Assembly (NCBI GenBank): GCA_017519155.1
Contig: JAFWSY010000083.1
Coordinates: 1 to 43,339 of the forward strand
Length of the DNA: 43,339 nucleotides
Direction of reading: 5' to 3'
From: Eubacterium sp.
GTDB taxonomy: Bacteria; Bacillota; Clostridia; Lachnospirales; Lachnospiraceae
Notes under the pieces: generated by a model
What the model saw: only the letters and a program-made list of their open reading frames with translations
Told to the model about the DNA's origin: nothing
The model's database searches: none
In this document: positions 17,362 through 28,188 of the stretch, piece by piece
Position numbering within the stretch: position 1 is the first letter of the stretch
Layout of the letters: each line of letters opens with the position of its first letter
Program-made: the position numbers and the translations under genes

Positions 17362-18481
17362 GTGCTTGAACTTGATGAGTACAAGATGGAGCTCGCAAAG
17401 TACAAGGCACCGCTGGCGGAAGTGAGGGATTCACTTTGACATCGCCGGCAAGGAGAAAAGAATAGCTGAGCTGGAAGCCGGGATGGATGCGCCGGACTTC
17501 TGGGATGATATAGAGAAGTCAGGTCAGATCATGAAGGAGCTCAAGGGCCTTAAGGGTACTATTGAGAGCTTCAATGATATGCAGACTGCATATGATGATA
17601 TAGAGACTATGATTGAAATGGCTGAGGAAGAGGATGATGAAGCTCTGACTCAGGAAACCGGAGAGATGCTTGCAGACTTTAAGAAGAAGTTTGAAGCTTT
17701 CCGTATAGAGACCTTACTGTCAGGCGAATTTGATACAAATGATGCTACAGTGACCATACATGCTGGAGCGGGTGGTACTGAAGCCTGTGACTGGGTAAGT
17801 ATGTTATATCGTATGTATCAGAGATGGGCTGATAAGCATAAGTTCAAGGTTACTGTACTTGATCTGCTGGATGGTGATGAAGCCGGTATCAAGTCAGTTA
17901 CATTTCAGGTCGAAGGATATCATGCTTATGGATATCTTAAGTCTGAGCATGGAGTACACAGACTTGTAAGAATATCACCATTCAATGCAGCTGGAAAGAG
18001 ACAGACATCTTTTTGTTCAGTGGATGTTATGCCAGTTATAGATGAGAGTATAGATATAGAGATAAATGATGAAGATCTAAGGATTGATACCTATCGTGCC
18101 AGTGGCGCAGGTGGTCAGCATATCAACAAGACTTCATCTGCCATAAGAATAACTCATCTTCCTACGGGAATTGTTGTGCAGTGCCAGAACGAACGTTCTC
18201 AGCATCAGAACAAGGATCAGGCGATGAGGATGCTGAAGGCTAAGCTTTATCTTATAGAGAAAGCTAAGCAGGATGAGCAGTTGTCCGGTATCAGAGGGGA
18301 TACGGGCGAAAACGGATTCGGAAGCCAGATACGTTCCTATGTGCTTCAGCCATATACCATGGTGAAGGACCTTAGAACCAGCTATGAGATGGGTGATGCA
18401 GGAAGAGTTCTGGATGGTGATTTAGACGGATTCATAAATGCATATCTTGCCTGGATTGCAACAGGCGGTCAGCAGGAGTAA
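17362..18481 (+). CDS. prfB: Peptide chain release factor 2, with programmed +1 frameshift (~372 aa)
   Basis: GTG start 17362; internal SD-like AGGG then CTT-TGA-C at 17434-17440; the +1 frame continues DIAGKEKRIAELEAGMDAPDFW...; SPF and GGQ motifs. Confidence 0.95.
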
Positions 18482-18536
18482 TATTGTAATAATTTTCTGT
18501 ATCAATGTATACAGGATTATAAATGGAGAGTACAGA

Positions 18537-19745
18537 ATGATTAATGTAGCGATACTTGGATACGGAACGATCGGTTCCGGAGTTTATAAAATAATAAACG
18601 ACAATAACAGCCATATCGCACGTCGGGCAGGTGAGGATATCAGAGTCAAGTATGTCCTTGATTTAAGAGATTTTCCGGGAGATCCTGTGGAAGAGGTGCT
18701 TGTTCACGATGTAAATGTGATCATTGAGGATAAAGAGGTTGATATTGTTGTCGAGGTCATGGGTGGAGTAGAGCCTGCCTATACATTTGTTAAGAGAGCA
18801 CTTGAAGCAGGAAAGAGTGCCTGCTCTTCTAACAAGGAGCTGGTAGCTGTACATGGTGCAGAACTGCTGGAGATTGCTGCAGCTAATAAGGTTAATTTCT
18901 TCTTTGAGGCGTCAGTAGGCGGAGGAATACCTATCATACGTCCTCTGTCAGAGTGTCTGACAGTTGATCACATAGAGGAGATAGAAGGTATCATGAATGG
19001 TACCACAAACTACATCCTTACAAAGATGGAAGTTGAAGGTGCTGATTTCGATACTGTTCTTAAGGAAGCTCAGGATATGGGCTATGCCGAAAGAAATCCT
19101 GAGGCTGATATAGAAGGTTATGATGCCTGCCGTAAGATAGCTATACTCACTTCGCTTGCTTATGAGAAGCAGGTAGATTTTGAGGATATCTATACTGAAG
19201 GAATATCTAAGATCACTACTACCGATTTTGATTATATGAAGAAAATAGGTGCTACGATAAAGCTTCTGGGAATTGCCCGTAAGGATTATCATAAGACCTA
19301 TTCCATGGTTGCTCCTTTTGTATTATATCCGGACAATCCTCTTTACAGTGTAAAGGATGTATTTAATGCCATCCTTGTAAAGGGTGATATGCTGGGTGAA
19401 GTAATGTTCTATGGAAAGGGAGCAGGTTCTCTTCCTACAGCCAGCGCGGTTGTATCAGATGTTGTGGACTGCATAAAGAGAAGAGGTGAGACAGCCAAGG
19501 TTCTCTGGAGCAAAGAAAAGAGAACTGTTGAAGGCGTTGATGCGCTTACCACTCCGTACTTTGTACGTGTAAAGGGTAAAGGGCTTGAAGCCGATATTAA
19601 GGACAGCTTTGGTGACGTTCAGTTTATCGAAGGCGATGAGTCACTGGGCGAGACCGCATTTATCACAAAGGTAATGACAGGTCTGGAATTTGAAAAAGCT
19701 GCCGCTAATTTTGATATCGTAAGCCGCATAAGAGTTAGTGATTAA
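18537..19745 (+). CDS. hom: Homoserine dehydrogenase
   Basis: MINVAILGYGTIGSG, FEASVGGGIP, GIMNGTTNYILT, GYAERNPEADIEG, GAGSLPTASAV; ATG at 18537 after GGAG. Confidence 0.95.
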   Translation: MINVAILGYGTIGSGVYKIINDNNSHIARRAGEDIRVKYVLDLRDFPGDPVEEVLVHDVNVIIEDKEVDIVVEVMGGVEPAYTFVKRALEAGKSACSSNKELVAVHGAELLEIAAANKVNFFFEASVGGGIPIIRPLSECLTVDHIEEIEGIMNGTTNYILTKMEVEGADFDTVLKEAQDMGYAERNPEADIEGYDACRKIAILTSLAYEKQVDFEDIYTEGISKITTTDFDYMKKIGATIKLLGIARKDYHKTYSMVAPFVLYPDNPLYSVKDVFNAILVKGDMLGEVMFYGKGAGSLPTASAVVSDVVDCIKRRGETAKVLWSKEKRTVEGVDALTTPYFVRVKGKGLEADIKDSFGDVQFIEGDESLGETAFITKVMTGLEFEKAAANFDIVSRIRVSD

Positions 19746-19793
19746 TGTTAATTGCGGGGTTAACGGGGAAATAAATAACAGGAGTTAAAATCT

Positions 19794-20996
19794 ATGTTGA
19801 TCGTTAAGAAGTTCGGAGGTACCTCCGTAGGTAACAGAGATCGTATATTCAATGTTGCCAACAGATGCATCGAGGATTACAAAAATGGAAATGATGTTGT
19901 CGTAGTACTTTCTGCAATGGGAAAATACACAGATGTACTGATCGACATGGCAAAGGAGATTAATCCAAATCCTCCAAAGAGAGAGATGGATATGATTCTT
20001 ACCACCGGTGAACAGCAGTCAGTAGCTCTGATGTCCATGGCTATGGCTTCTCTGGGAGTTCCTGCAGTTTCACTAAATGCCTATCAGGTTGCTATGCATA
20101 CCAGCAGTGTGTATGGTAATGCACGTATCAAGAGAATTGATACTGAGAGAATCAGAAATGAGCTGGAGCAGCACAAGATCGTTATAGTAACAGGTTTCCA
20201 GGGCGTAAACAAGTTTGATGACTATACTACACTTGGAAGAGGTGGTTCTGATACCACAGCAGTTGCCATAGCGGCAGCACTTCACGCTGATAAATGTGAG
20301 ATATATACAGACGTTGACGGCGTCTATACTGCCGACCCGAGAAAGGTTCCTGCAGCACGTAAGCTGGATCAGGTAACCTATGATGAAATGCTCGAGCTTG
20401 CAACCCTTGGAGCGGGTGTACTTCATAACCGTTCTGTGGAGCTTGCAAAGAAATATGGAGTACGACTTGTAGTACGTTCAAGTCTGAATACAAATGAAGG
20501 AACCGTTGTAAGGAGAGGAAGTAAGATGGAAAAAATGATAGTAAGCGGTGTTGCCGCAGATGCTGATGCAGCCAGAGTTGCAGTTATCGGTCTTAATGAT
20601 GAGCCGGGAGTTGCATTTAAGCTCTTTAATGCACTTGCAAAGCAGAATATAAATATAGATATGATACTTCAGTCTATCGGACGTCATGGTAAAAAGGATA
20701 TATCCTTTACATGTACAGATGATGATGCAGATCTTGCAAAGCAGATCATCGAGGATGAGATGGACTTCGAGGATATAGATGTTGATAAGGCTGTTTCAAA
20801 GGTTTCTATAGTAGGTGCCGGAATGCAGACAAATGCAGGCGTAGCTGCTAAGATGTTCGAAGCTCTTTATGATGCAAATATCAATATAAGAATGATTTCT
20901 ACATCAGAGATCAGAGTTACAGTTCTTATAGATCAGAAGAATACTGAGAGAGCTATGAATGCCATCCATGATAAGTTTAACTTAGGAAATGAATAA
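19794..20996 (+). CDS. lysC: Aspartate kinase (class II type, two ACT domains)
   Basis: KKFGGTSV, TLGRGGSDTTAV, YTDVDGVYTADPR, ACT domains ending in STSEIRV. Confidence 0.93.
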   Translation: MLIVKKFGGTSVGNRDRIFNVANRCIEDYKNGNDVVVVLSAMGKYTDVLIDMAKEINPNPPKREMDMILTTGEQQSVALMSMAMASLGVPAVSLNAYQVAMHTSSVYGNARIKRIDTERIRNELEQHKIVIVTGFQGVNKFDDYTTLGRGGSDTTAVAIAAALHADKCEIYTDVDGVYTADPRKVPAARKLDQVTYDEMLELATLGAGVLHNRSVELAKKYGVRLVVRSSLNTNEGTVVRRGSKMEKMIVSGVAADADAARVAVIGLNDEPGVAFKLFNALAKQNINIDMILQSIGRHGKKDISFTCTDDDADLAKQIIEDEMDFEDIDVDKAVSKVSIVGAGMQTNAGVAAKMFEALYDANINIRMISTSEIRVTVLIDQKNTERAMNAIHDKFNLGNE

Positions 20997-21021
20997 AAAC
21001 GGCACAAGATAATGCACATAA

Positions 21022-21050
21022 ATCCGACTGGTCATCCAGTCGGGTTTTTT
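21022..21050 (+). terminator. Rho-independent terminator
   Basis: atccgactgg-tcat-ccagtcgggt followed by a T-run. Confidence 0.85.
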
Positions 21051-21066
21051 AAAAAAGGAAAAGTAT

Positions 21067-22068
21067 ATGGAACTTAAAAAAGCGCCGGGGAGATATGACG
21101 AAACTCCCAACGATATAGAACTGAATGATATGTTTGATACGTTGGTTGATGAAACTCTCAGCCAGACTATTTCTGATGATAAAAAGCATATCAGCGACGA
21201 TTATTCCAGAAGCGGAACGAATACCACCTATGTGGGAGGAAAGATTGCTGAGTATGATGAAAAGATAGAGAAGAACGCATTTCGCATGTCTGAAGAAGAT
21301 ATGAAGAAGGCTCTGTCTAAAACGGCCCATGAGAAAAAGGAGCAGAATTCAAAATTGCTTCTTTTCACCGGAATCATTATGTATCTGGCCTTTGCATTTT
21401 TCATTTTTACTTTGTTCTTGGCTTCGAGAGTTGCACCCTATGACATCATCTATAACATGGAAAATGTCTCCCTTGCTTTGATGATCCTGAGTATTATCCT
21501 GGTGGCTGATTCCATACTGGCATTTGTGCTGGAGGAAAGGAAAGTAGGACTTATTTTATTCGCTATATTTCTGGGAATGTTTTATCCGATATACAGAAGC
21601 AAGGTAATTAACGGCCGTCTGGGCTTCGGAATAGTCTGCACACTCCTTGCCCTTTTTGCATGGGTTATGGTAGGGATTACGGCAGGTCAGGCGGTGACTA
21701 AATATGGAAAGACTGTTATCTATACGGAGGACGAGTATACCAGACATGAAGCTGTGGCTCTTCTGGAGCAGGAAGATGAGAGCGGAAAGCTGGTTGGTTT
21801 TGCCATAAAGAATCTTGAGAATAAAGGTATCGAGGAGATAAAAGCTTCGTCAGAGGGCGGTAATGCTGAGATCGTTATGTCCGGTACAGGTCCCAAGGAT
21901 GTAAACATCAATACAGATAATTTCAACAATCCTAATGGAATACATGTTGATATGACATTTGAAAAGAATACAAAAACCGGAAAATATGATATAAAGGATA
22001 TATCCTTTGATGGAAAGTCCATTACTGATACTCAAAGGAAACAGTTGTGGAAAACCCTGATGAAATAA
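21067..22068 (+). CDS. Hypothetical membrane protein (acidic N-tail, about 4 TM, soluble C-domain)
   Basis: Hydrophobic block at about aa 97-205; AAGGA RBS; no family recognised. Confidence 0.75.
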   Translation: MELKKAPGRYDETPNDIELNDMFDTLVDETLSQTISDDKKHISDDYSRSGTNTTYVGGKIAEYDEKIEKNAFRMSEEDMKKALSKTAHEKKEQNSKLLLFTGIIMYLAFAFFIFTLFLASRVAPYDIIYNMENVSLALMILSIILVADSILAFVLEERKVGLILFAIFLGMFYPIYRSKVINGRLGFGIVCTLLALFAWVMVGITAGQAVTKYGKTVIYTEDEYTRHEAVALLEQEDESGKLVGFAIKNLENKGIEEIKASSEGGNAEIVMSGTGPKDVNINTDNFNNPNGIHVDMTFEKNTKTGKYDIKDISFDGKSITDTQRKQLWKTLMK

Positions 22069-22087
22069 CATGCTGTGAGGTTATGCT

Positions 22088-22729
22088 ATGGCAAAAAATG
22101 TACTGTGCTACGGAGATTCAAATACATACGGATATAGTCCCATGACGGGCATGAGATATCCAAGAGATATCAGATATCCCGGAAGACTTCAGACTCTTTT
22201 GGGAGAGGAATATACAGTTATTGAAGAGGGCTGCAACGGAAGAACAACCATCTTCGATGATCCCATAGAGGGCTGGAAAAACGGACTCGATTATCTGAAG
22301 CCCTGTCTTAATTCCCATAAGCCGGTGGATATAGTTGTTATGATGCTGGGAAGTAATGATCTGAAAACGGTTTTTAATCTTACTCCGTCGGAAATAGCAG
22401 AGGGTGCAGGTAAGCTGGTGGACGTCATAAAAGAGTTTACAGCAGAAAAGCAGGGTTATATTCCTGAGATAATACTTGTATCACCTCCGGAGATCGGACC
22501 GGGAATCAAGAACTCTCCATTTTACGGCTCCTTTAATGAGGGGGCTATAGAAAGATCGAAGCAGTTTCCGAAGTATTATAAGCAGGTGGCTGATGAAAAG
22601 GGATGCATATTCTTTAATGCAGCAGAGTTTATCACCCCTTCAGAGGAAGATTCACTTCATCTCACCCCTGAGGCTCATAAAATACTGGCAGAAGAACTGA
22701 GCCATGTCATAATAAATCGGTTTAAATAA
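22088..22729 (+). CDS. SGNH/GDSL hydrolase (arylesterase-like)
   Basis: CYGDSNTYG, EEGCNGRTT, MLGSND and DSLH blocks. Confidence 0.9.
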   Translation: MAKNVLCYGDSNTYGYSPMTGMRYPRDIRYPGRLQTLLGEEYTVIEEGCNGRTTIFDDPIEGWKNGLDYLKPCLNSHKPVDIVVMMLGSNDLKTVFNLTPSEIAEGAGKLVDVIKEFTAEKQGYIPEIILVSPPEIGPGIKNSPFYGSFNEGAIERSKQFPKYYKQVADEKGCIFFNAAEFITPSEEDSLHLTPEAHKILAEELSHVIINRFK

Positions 22730-22773
22730 AAAGGTGACAATTATATATCAGATGAAAATCTGTCATCTTTTTT
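22728..22773. repeat. Dispersed palindrome family A, copy 3
   Basis: aaaaaggtgacaattatatatcagatgaaaatctgtcatctttttt; its reverse complement aligns with 116-158. Confidence 0.75.
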
Positions 22774-22795
22774 GGGAAAACGTGAGGATAATCAC

Positions 22796-23500
22796 ATGAG
22801 TGCATATGTTGAATTTAAAAATGTAAAGAAGGTATATAAGACCGGTGAGGTTGAGATACACGCCCTGAGAGATGTTAATTTTGAGATTGAAAAAGGAGAA
22901 TTCTGCGTTATTGTCGGTGCATCCGGCGCCGGTAAGACGACGATTCTCAACATCCTAGGTGGAATGGATACAATGACCTCCGGTCAGGTTATCATAGACG
23001 GTAATGATATATCAAAATATAAGAAGAAGGAGCTGACAGCATACAGGCGGTACGATGTCGGCTTTGTTTTTCAGTTTTATAACCTTGTGCAGAATCTGAC
23101 GGCGCTGGAAAATGTGGAGCTTGCATCGGAGCTTACGAAGGATCCTATAGATGCCGCTACAGTTCTTACTGAAGTGGGGCTGGAGGAAAGAATGAAGAAC
23201 TTCCCTGCACAGCTGTCAGGTGGAGAACAGCAGAGGGTTGCCATAGCAAGAGCTCTGGCAAAGAATCCGAAGCTGCTTTTATGCGATGAGCCAACCGGTG
23301 CGCTGGATTATAACACTGGTAAATCTGTTCTGAAGCTTCTGCAGGATACCTGCAGAATAAATGGAATGACGGTTATTGTTATAACACATAATCAGGCGAT
23401 TACCGCCATGGCAGACAGAGTTATTAAGGTCAAGAGTGGAAGTATATCTAGTATAAAGATGAACGATAATCCAGTGGATATATCTGAGATAGAGTGGTAA
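22796..23500 (+). CDS. ABC transporter ATP-binding protein (LolD/MacB type)
   Basis: [35 protein letters not shown]; ATG at 22796 after GAGG. Confidence 0.95.
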   Translation: MSAYVEFKNVKKVYKTGEVEIHALRDVNFEIEKGEFCVIVGASGAGKTTILNILGGMDTMTSGQVIIDGNDISKYKKKELTAYRRYDVGFVFQFYNLVQNLTALENVELASELTKDPIDAATVLTEVGLEERMKNFPAQLSGGEQQRVAIARALAKNPKLLLCDEPTGALDYNTGKSVLKLLQDTCRINGMTVIVITHNQAITAMADRVIKVKSGSISSIKMNDNPVDISEIEW

Positions 23501-23503
23501 TTA

Positions 23504-26500
23504 ATGAACAAAAAACTCAGGAAAACTACATACCGGGAGATAAAGCATACATTTGGCCGGTTCTTTGCTATTTTCGCAATTATAGCCCTGGGAGTCGGCT
23601 TTTTTTCGGGTGTAAGAGTAACTACTCCGGCGATGGTTCATACAGTAGATGTGTATTATAAGGATAATCAGCTGTTTGATTATCGTCTGGTGTCTACCCT
23701 TGGCTGGGAAGAAGAGGATGTTGATGCTTTTAAGAATCATGGAGATGTGAGATATGCTGAGGGCGCTTATTCAGCGGATGTTATCTGCAGCTATCACGGT
23801 GATTCAGAATATGTTTTCAAGTTTCATTCTCTTACGGAAGATATAAACAAGCTGCAGATTGTTAAGGGCAGGCTTCCAAATGGTGAGGACGAATGTGTGT
23901 TGGATTCGGCCATAGATGATAAGCCGGAGCTGGGTGAAGAGATAGAGATTCTGGATACAAATGATGAGGATACTCTGGATCTGTTCAAACATAAAAAGGT
24001 AAAGGTTGTTGGATGGGTTGATTCATCTTATTACATAAATTTTGAGAGAGGTACTACATCTATAGGAACAGGAACAATAAATGGATTTGTGTATGTTCCG
24101 AAGATCGCATTTGACTCCGATATATATACTGAGATTTTTGTAAAGCTGGATCAGGATTATGAGCTTTATTCAAAACAGTATAAGGATTATATGAAGGAGC
24201 GAAAGGACGAGTGGAAAGCTCTCGCTGAAGCTCAGGCTGATAAGAGATATGATCGTCTTATCGCTGAAGCTGAGGAGAAGATAGCCGATGCTGAGCAGGA
24301 ACTGAAGGATAAGAAGGCAGACGGAGAGAAAGAACTTCGTGATGCAAAGGAAGAACTGGACGACGGTAAGAAGAAGCTGGAGGATGCTGACGAGGAACTT
24401 CTGGATGCAAGAGAAACTCTGGATGATTCCAAGAATAAATTAAATGATGCTTCCGTTAAGCTCTCTGATGCCAAGATAGAACTGGATGATGGTAAGTCAG
24501 AACTTGATAAGGCCAAGACAGAACTGGATAAGGCGCTTAAGGAGCTGAGCAAAGGAAAGAAGAAACTTGACGACGCAAAGTCAGAACTGGATAAAGCGAA
24601 AAAAGAGATAACTGCAGGTGAACTGAAAATTACTGCAGGTCAGGCTGCCATAGATACAGCAAAGGCAACTCTGGAAGCAAGCGAGGATGAGCTGGTTAAA
24701 CAGGAGAAGGCATTTGCCGAAAAGGAAGCAGAGTATAATGCCCAGATGGAGCAGCTGGAACCTATGTGGGATAATCTTCCGGATGATCAGAAGGCGGCAC
24801 TTACTCAGGCAAAGAAGGAGCTTGATGCAGGAAAGAAGCTGCTGACAGATTCAAGAGCTACTCTCGAAGCAGGGAAAAAAGAAATAGCTGCCAATCAGGA
24901 GAAGCTGGATAAATCAAAAGAAGAACTTGAAACCGGAAAAGCTAAGTATGAAAAAGGTAAGGCCGAGTACGAAAAGGGTAAAGCTGAGTATGACAAAGGC
25001 TATGCCGAATATGAAAAGGGCAAGAAGAAATATGAGAAGGGTCTGAAGGAGTATGAAAGCGGAAAGTCTGAGTACGAAAGCGGGCTTGCTGAATATTATG
25101 ATGGCAGACAGAAATATGAGGATGGAGAAAAAGAGTATGAGGACGGTCTGAAGGAATATGAGGATGGCAAAAAGGAATATGAAGACGGTCTGAAAGAGTA
25201 CGAAGACGGCGTTAAAGAATTCAACGAGAAGATAGCGGATGCCGAGCAGAAGATAGCGGATGCAAAAGCTGACCTGGCTGATGTAGAAAAGCCGGATACA
25301 TTTCTCCTTGAAAGAAATACAAATATAGGCTATGCATGCTTTGAAAATGACTCGGAGATAGTGGCTCAGGTTGCGAAGATCTTTCCGGTATTCTTTGTTC
25401 TGGTAGCTGCGTTGGTATGTATAACCACCATGAGTCGCATGGTTGAGGAACAGAGAACGCAGATAGGCGTTTTGAAGGCTTTGGGATATTCTGAAAGAGC
25501 CGTGATGAGCAAATACATGTTCTACTCCGGAAGTGCCGCAGCTATGGGATGCCTGATAGGCTATCCGGTAGGAATAATCCTTTTTCCGGGAGTTATATGG
25601 CACACCTATCAGCTTATGTATCATGCACTTCCGATGAAGTTTATCTTTGATTGGAAGCTCGCACTTTGTTCTTTGGCTGCTGCCATGCTGTGTTCCCTCG
25701 GAACTACGTGGCTGTCCTGCAGATATGAGCTGGGCGAAACCGCTGCCAGTCTTATGAGACCGAAGGCTCCTAAAGCAGGTAAGAGAGTATTTCTGGAATA
25801 CATGCCTTTTATCTGGAACCATCTCAAGTTCCTTCATAAGATATCCATAAGAAATCTGTTCAGATATAAGAGACGTTTCTTCATGATGATCATAGGAATC
25901 GGGGGCTGCACGGCGCTTCTGGTGGCAGGCTTCGGTATAAAAGATTCTGTTGGAGATTTTGCTGAGGTTCAGTATGGAGAAATACTTATAGCAGATGCAT
26001 CCATCAGTATAAAGGATGTTGAAGGTGATAATATTCCTGAAGATCTGACTGAGGTTATTGAAGAAAACTGTAAGGACAGTCTGCTGATGTATCAGGCGTC
26101 CTGGGATATGCTTTCCGGTGACTACGTAAAGGAAACCACACTTATCTCGCTAAATGAAAATGCGGGACTGGAAAGATATATGAAGCTTCATACAAAGGAT
26201 GGAAAGGAACTGGGATATCCCGGACCTGGTGAAGTATATCTCTGTGAGGCTCTTTCGGAGCGATATGATGCCGGCCTCGGGGATGAAATAGTCTTCAGAA
26301 ATGAGGATATGAAAGAGGTTCATGTAAAGGTTGCCGGTGTCTTCGAGAATCATGTTTTTAACTATGCTTTTATCTCTAAGGAAACCATGGAGAAGGAATT
26401 GGGAGAGACACTGGATATGAATTCGGCATTTCTGAACTTCCATGATGATTTGGATATATATAAGGCACAGGCGGCTATTGCAAAGAATGAAAATGTAACA

Positions 26501-26956
26501 GGAGTTACTCTGTATGAAGAATTCAAGGAGCGTATGTCGAAGATGATGAGCCGTCTGGATTACATCGTGCTGGTCGTAATATGCTCCGCGGCAGGGCTTG
26601 CATTTGTAGTCCTCTATAATCTTACAAATATCAACATAACGGAAAGGCTGAGGGAGATCGCGACTATTAAGGTTCTGGGCTTCTTCAGAAGAGAAACCTC
26701 TTCATATGTTTTCAGAGAGAACTTTGCGCTTACGGCCTTCGGAGTGGCAGTAGGTATTCTGTTGGGTATACTTCTACACAGATATATAATGAGTCAGCTG
26801 ATCGTTGATATGGTAGCATTTAAGACCAGGATACTTCCTGCAACTTATATAATCAGCGTGGTGCTTACATTTATCTTTACTATAATCGTAAATGCGGTCA
26901 TGGAACTTAAGCTGGAAAAAATAAATATGGCAGAATCACTTAAATCGGTTGAGTAA
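23504..26956 (+). CDS. FtsX/MacB-type ABC permease with a long extracellular coiled coil
   Basis: Two FtsX halves (EQRTQIGVLKALG; ERLREIATIKVLG); a ~350-aa heptad region with KxEYExG repeats. Confidence 0.9.
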   Translation: MNKKLRKTTYREIKHTFGRFFAIFAIIALGVGFFSGVRVTTPAMVHTVDVYYKDNQLFDYRLVSTLGWEEEDVDAFKNHGDVRYAEGAYSADVICSYHGDSEYVFKFHSLTEDINKLQIVKGRLPNGEDECVLDSAIDDKPELGEEIEILDTNDEDTLDLFKHKKVKVVGWVDSSYYINFERGTTSIGTGTINGFVYVPKIAFDSDIYTEIFVKLDQDYELYSKQYKDYMKERKDEWKALAEAQADKRYDRLIAEAEEKIADAEQELKDKKADGEKELRDAKEELDDGKKKLEDADEELLDARETLDDSKNKLNDASVKLSDAKIELDDGKSELDKAKTELDKALKELSKGKKKLDDAKSELDKAKKEITAGELKITAGQAAIDTAKATLEASEDELVKQEKAFAEKEAEYNAQMEQLEPMWDNLPDDQKAALTQAKKELDAGKKLLTDSRATLEAGKKEIAANQEKLDKSKEELETGKAKYEKGKAEYEKGKAEYDKGYAEYEKGKKKYEKGLKEYESGKSEYESGLAEYYDGRQKYEDGEKEYEDGLKEYEDGKKEYEDGLKEYEDGVKEFNEKIADAEQKIADAKADLADVEKPDTFLLERNTNIGYACFENDSEIVAQVAKIFPVFFVLVAALVCITTMSRMVEEQRTQIGVLKALGYSERAVMSKYMFYSGSAAAMGCLIGYPVGIILFPGVIWHTYQLMYHALPMKFIFDWKLALCSLAAAMLCSLGTTWLSCRYELGETAASLMRPKAPKAGKRVFLEYMPFIWNHLKFLHKISIRNLFRYKRRFFMMIIGIGGCTALLVAGFGIKDSVGDFAEVQYGEILIADASISIKDVEGDNIPEDLTEVIEENCKDSLLMYQASWDMLSGDYVKETTLISLNENAGLERYMKLHTKDGKELGYPGPGEVYLCEALSERYDAGLGDEIVFRNEDMKEVHVKVAGVFENHVFNYAFISKETMEKELGETLDMNSAFLNFHDDLDIYKAQAAIAKNENVTGVTLYEEFKERMSKMMSRLDYIVLVVICSAAGLAFVVLYNLTNINITERLREIATIKVLGFFRRETSSYVFRENFALTAFGVAVGILLGILLHRYIMSQLIVDMVAFKTRILPATYIISVVLTFIFTIIVNAVMELKLEKINMAESLKSVE

Positions 26957-27036
26957 TTGGTAGTAAATGAGGTACAATGACATAAGTGTCAAAAAATAGA
27001 AGGCAGTCTTTCTTAAATAATAAAAGGAGAACGATC

Positions 27037-28164
27037 ATGTCAGATAAAGAGAAAACAAAAAAGAAAAAGTTCAGATGGTGGAAAATTCCCCTCTGGATAA
27101 TCCTTATTGTAATACTTGTGGCAGGCGGTTATGTGGCATATGTATTCCTGTCGTATTCAAGAATTGAGGATAATCTTGCTCTTTCGCCTGAAGGCAGTTC
27201 CACTGAGAAGGCAAAGGTGGGAGAGGAGTATACGATAGTATCCTACAATCTGGGATTTGGTGCATATACAGATGACTTTACATTTTTCATGGATGAAGGT
27301 AAGGAGAGCCGCGCCAGATCAAAGGACAGTGTTATTAATTGTATAAATAATACTACTGATACAGCACTTTCCTACAATCCTGATTTTGTACTTTTCCAGG
27401 AGGTAGATATCGGATCCACCAGAAGTCATCAGGTTGAGGAAAGAAATATAATAAACGAGAAGTTTGCAGCAGCAGGCACCTATGATAATGTATTTGCACA
27501 GAATTATAATTCTGCATATCTGATGTATCCTATTACAGAGCCTCATGGTGCATCTAAGTCAGGACTTCTTACACAGAGCCGCTTCGATATTACTTCTTCT
27601 CTCAGAAGAAGTCTTCCTATAGCCACAGGCTTTAAGAAGGTGCTGGATCTAGACCGCTGCTACAGTATCTCAAGAATTCCTGTAGAGGACGGAAAAGAAC
27701 TGATACTTATCGATCAGCATCTTTCTGCATACGGAACTGATGCTGCACAGGGGAATGCACAACTTGAGATGCTGTTTGCTGATATGAAGGCAGAGTATGA
27801 TAAGGGTAACTACGTCATCTGTGGCGGAGATTTCAATCATGACTTTACTGTAGATTCCAAGGAATATTTTAATCCGGGTACAGATAAGACTTATACCTGG
27901 TGCGAGCCATTTCCGGATGATATAATACCTGATGGTTTCACTAAGTGTACGGACTATGCAGAGGGTATGATTCCTACCACAAGATATACAAATGAGCCAT
28001 ATGTACCGGGCAAGAGTTTCACGGTTATTCTGGATGGTTTCATCGTATCTGATAACGTGACCTGCAAGTATGTTCAGAACATTGATAAAGCATTTAAGTA
28101 TACAGATCATAATCCTGTTGTGATGAAGTTTGAACTTGGAAAAGCTGAAACAACAGAGGAATAA
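27037..28164 (+). CDS. Membrane-anchored endonuclease/exonuclease/phosphatase family protein
   Basis: N-terminal TM, SYNLGF, LFQEVD, HLSAY, GGDFN, LDGFIVS, TDHNPV; ATG at 27037 after AGGAG. Confidence 0.88.
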   Translation: MSDKEKTKKKKFRWWKIPLWIILIVILVAGGYVAYVFLSYSRIEDNLALSPEGSSTEKAKVGEEYTIVSYNLGFGAYTDDFTFFMDEGKESRARSKDSVINCINNTTDTALSYNPDFVLFQEVDIGSTRSHQVEERNIINEKFAAAGTYDNVFAQNYNSAYLMYPITEPHGASKSGLLTQSRFDITSSLRRSLPIATGFKKVLDLDRCYSISRIPVEDGKELILIDQHLSAYGTDAAQGNAQLEMLFADMKAEYDKGNYVICGGDFNHDFTVDSKEYFNPGTDKTYTWCEPFPDDIIPDGFTKCTDYAEGMIPTTRYTNEPYVPGKSFTVILDGFIVSDNVTCKYVQNIDKAFKYTDHNPVVMKFELGKAETTEE

Positions 28165-28188
28165 AAAAATATAAAGAGGTTAAAAGTA

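Noticed and set aside
24914-25837. 307-aa minus-strand ORF
   Set aside because: Antisense shadow of the repetitive permease; no recognisable motif.
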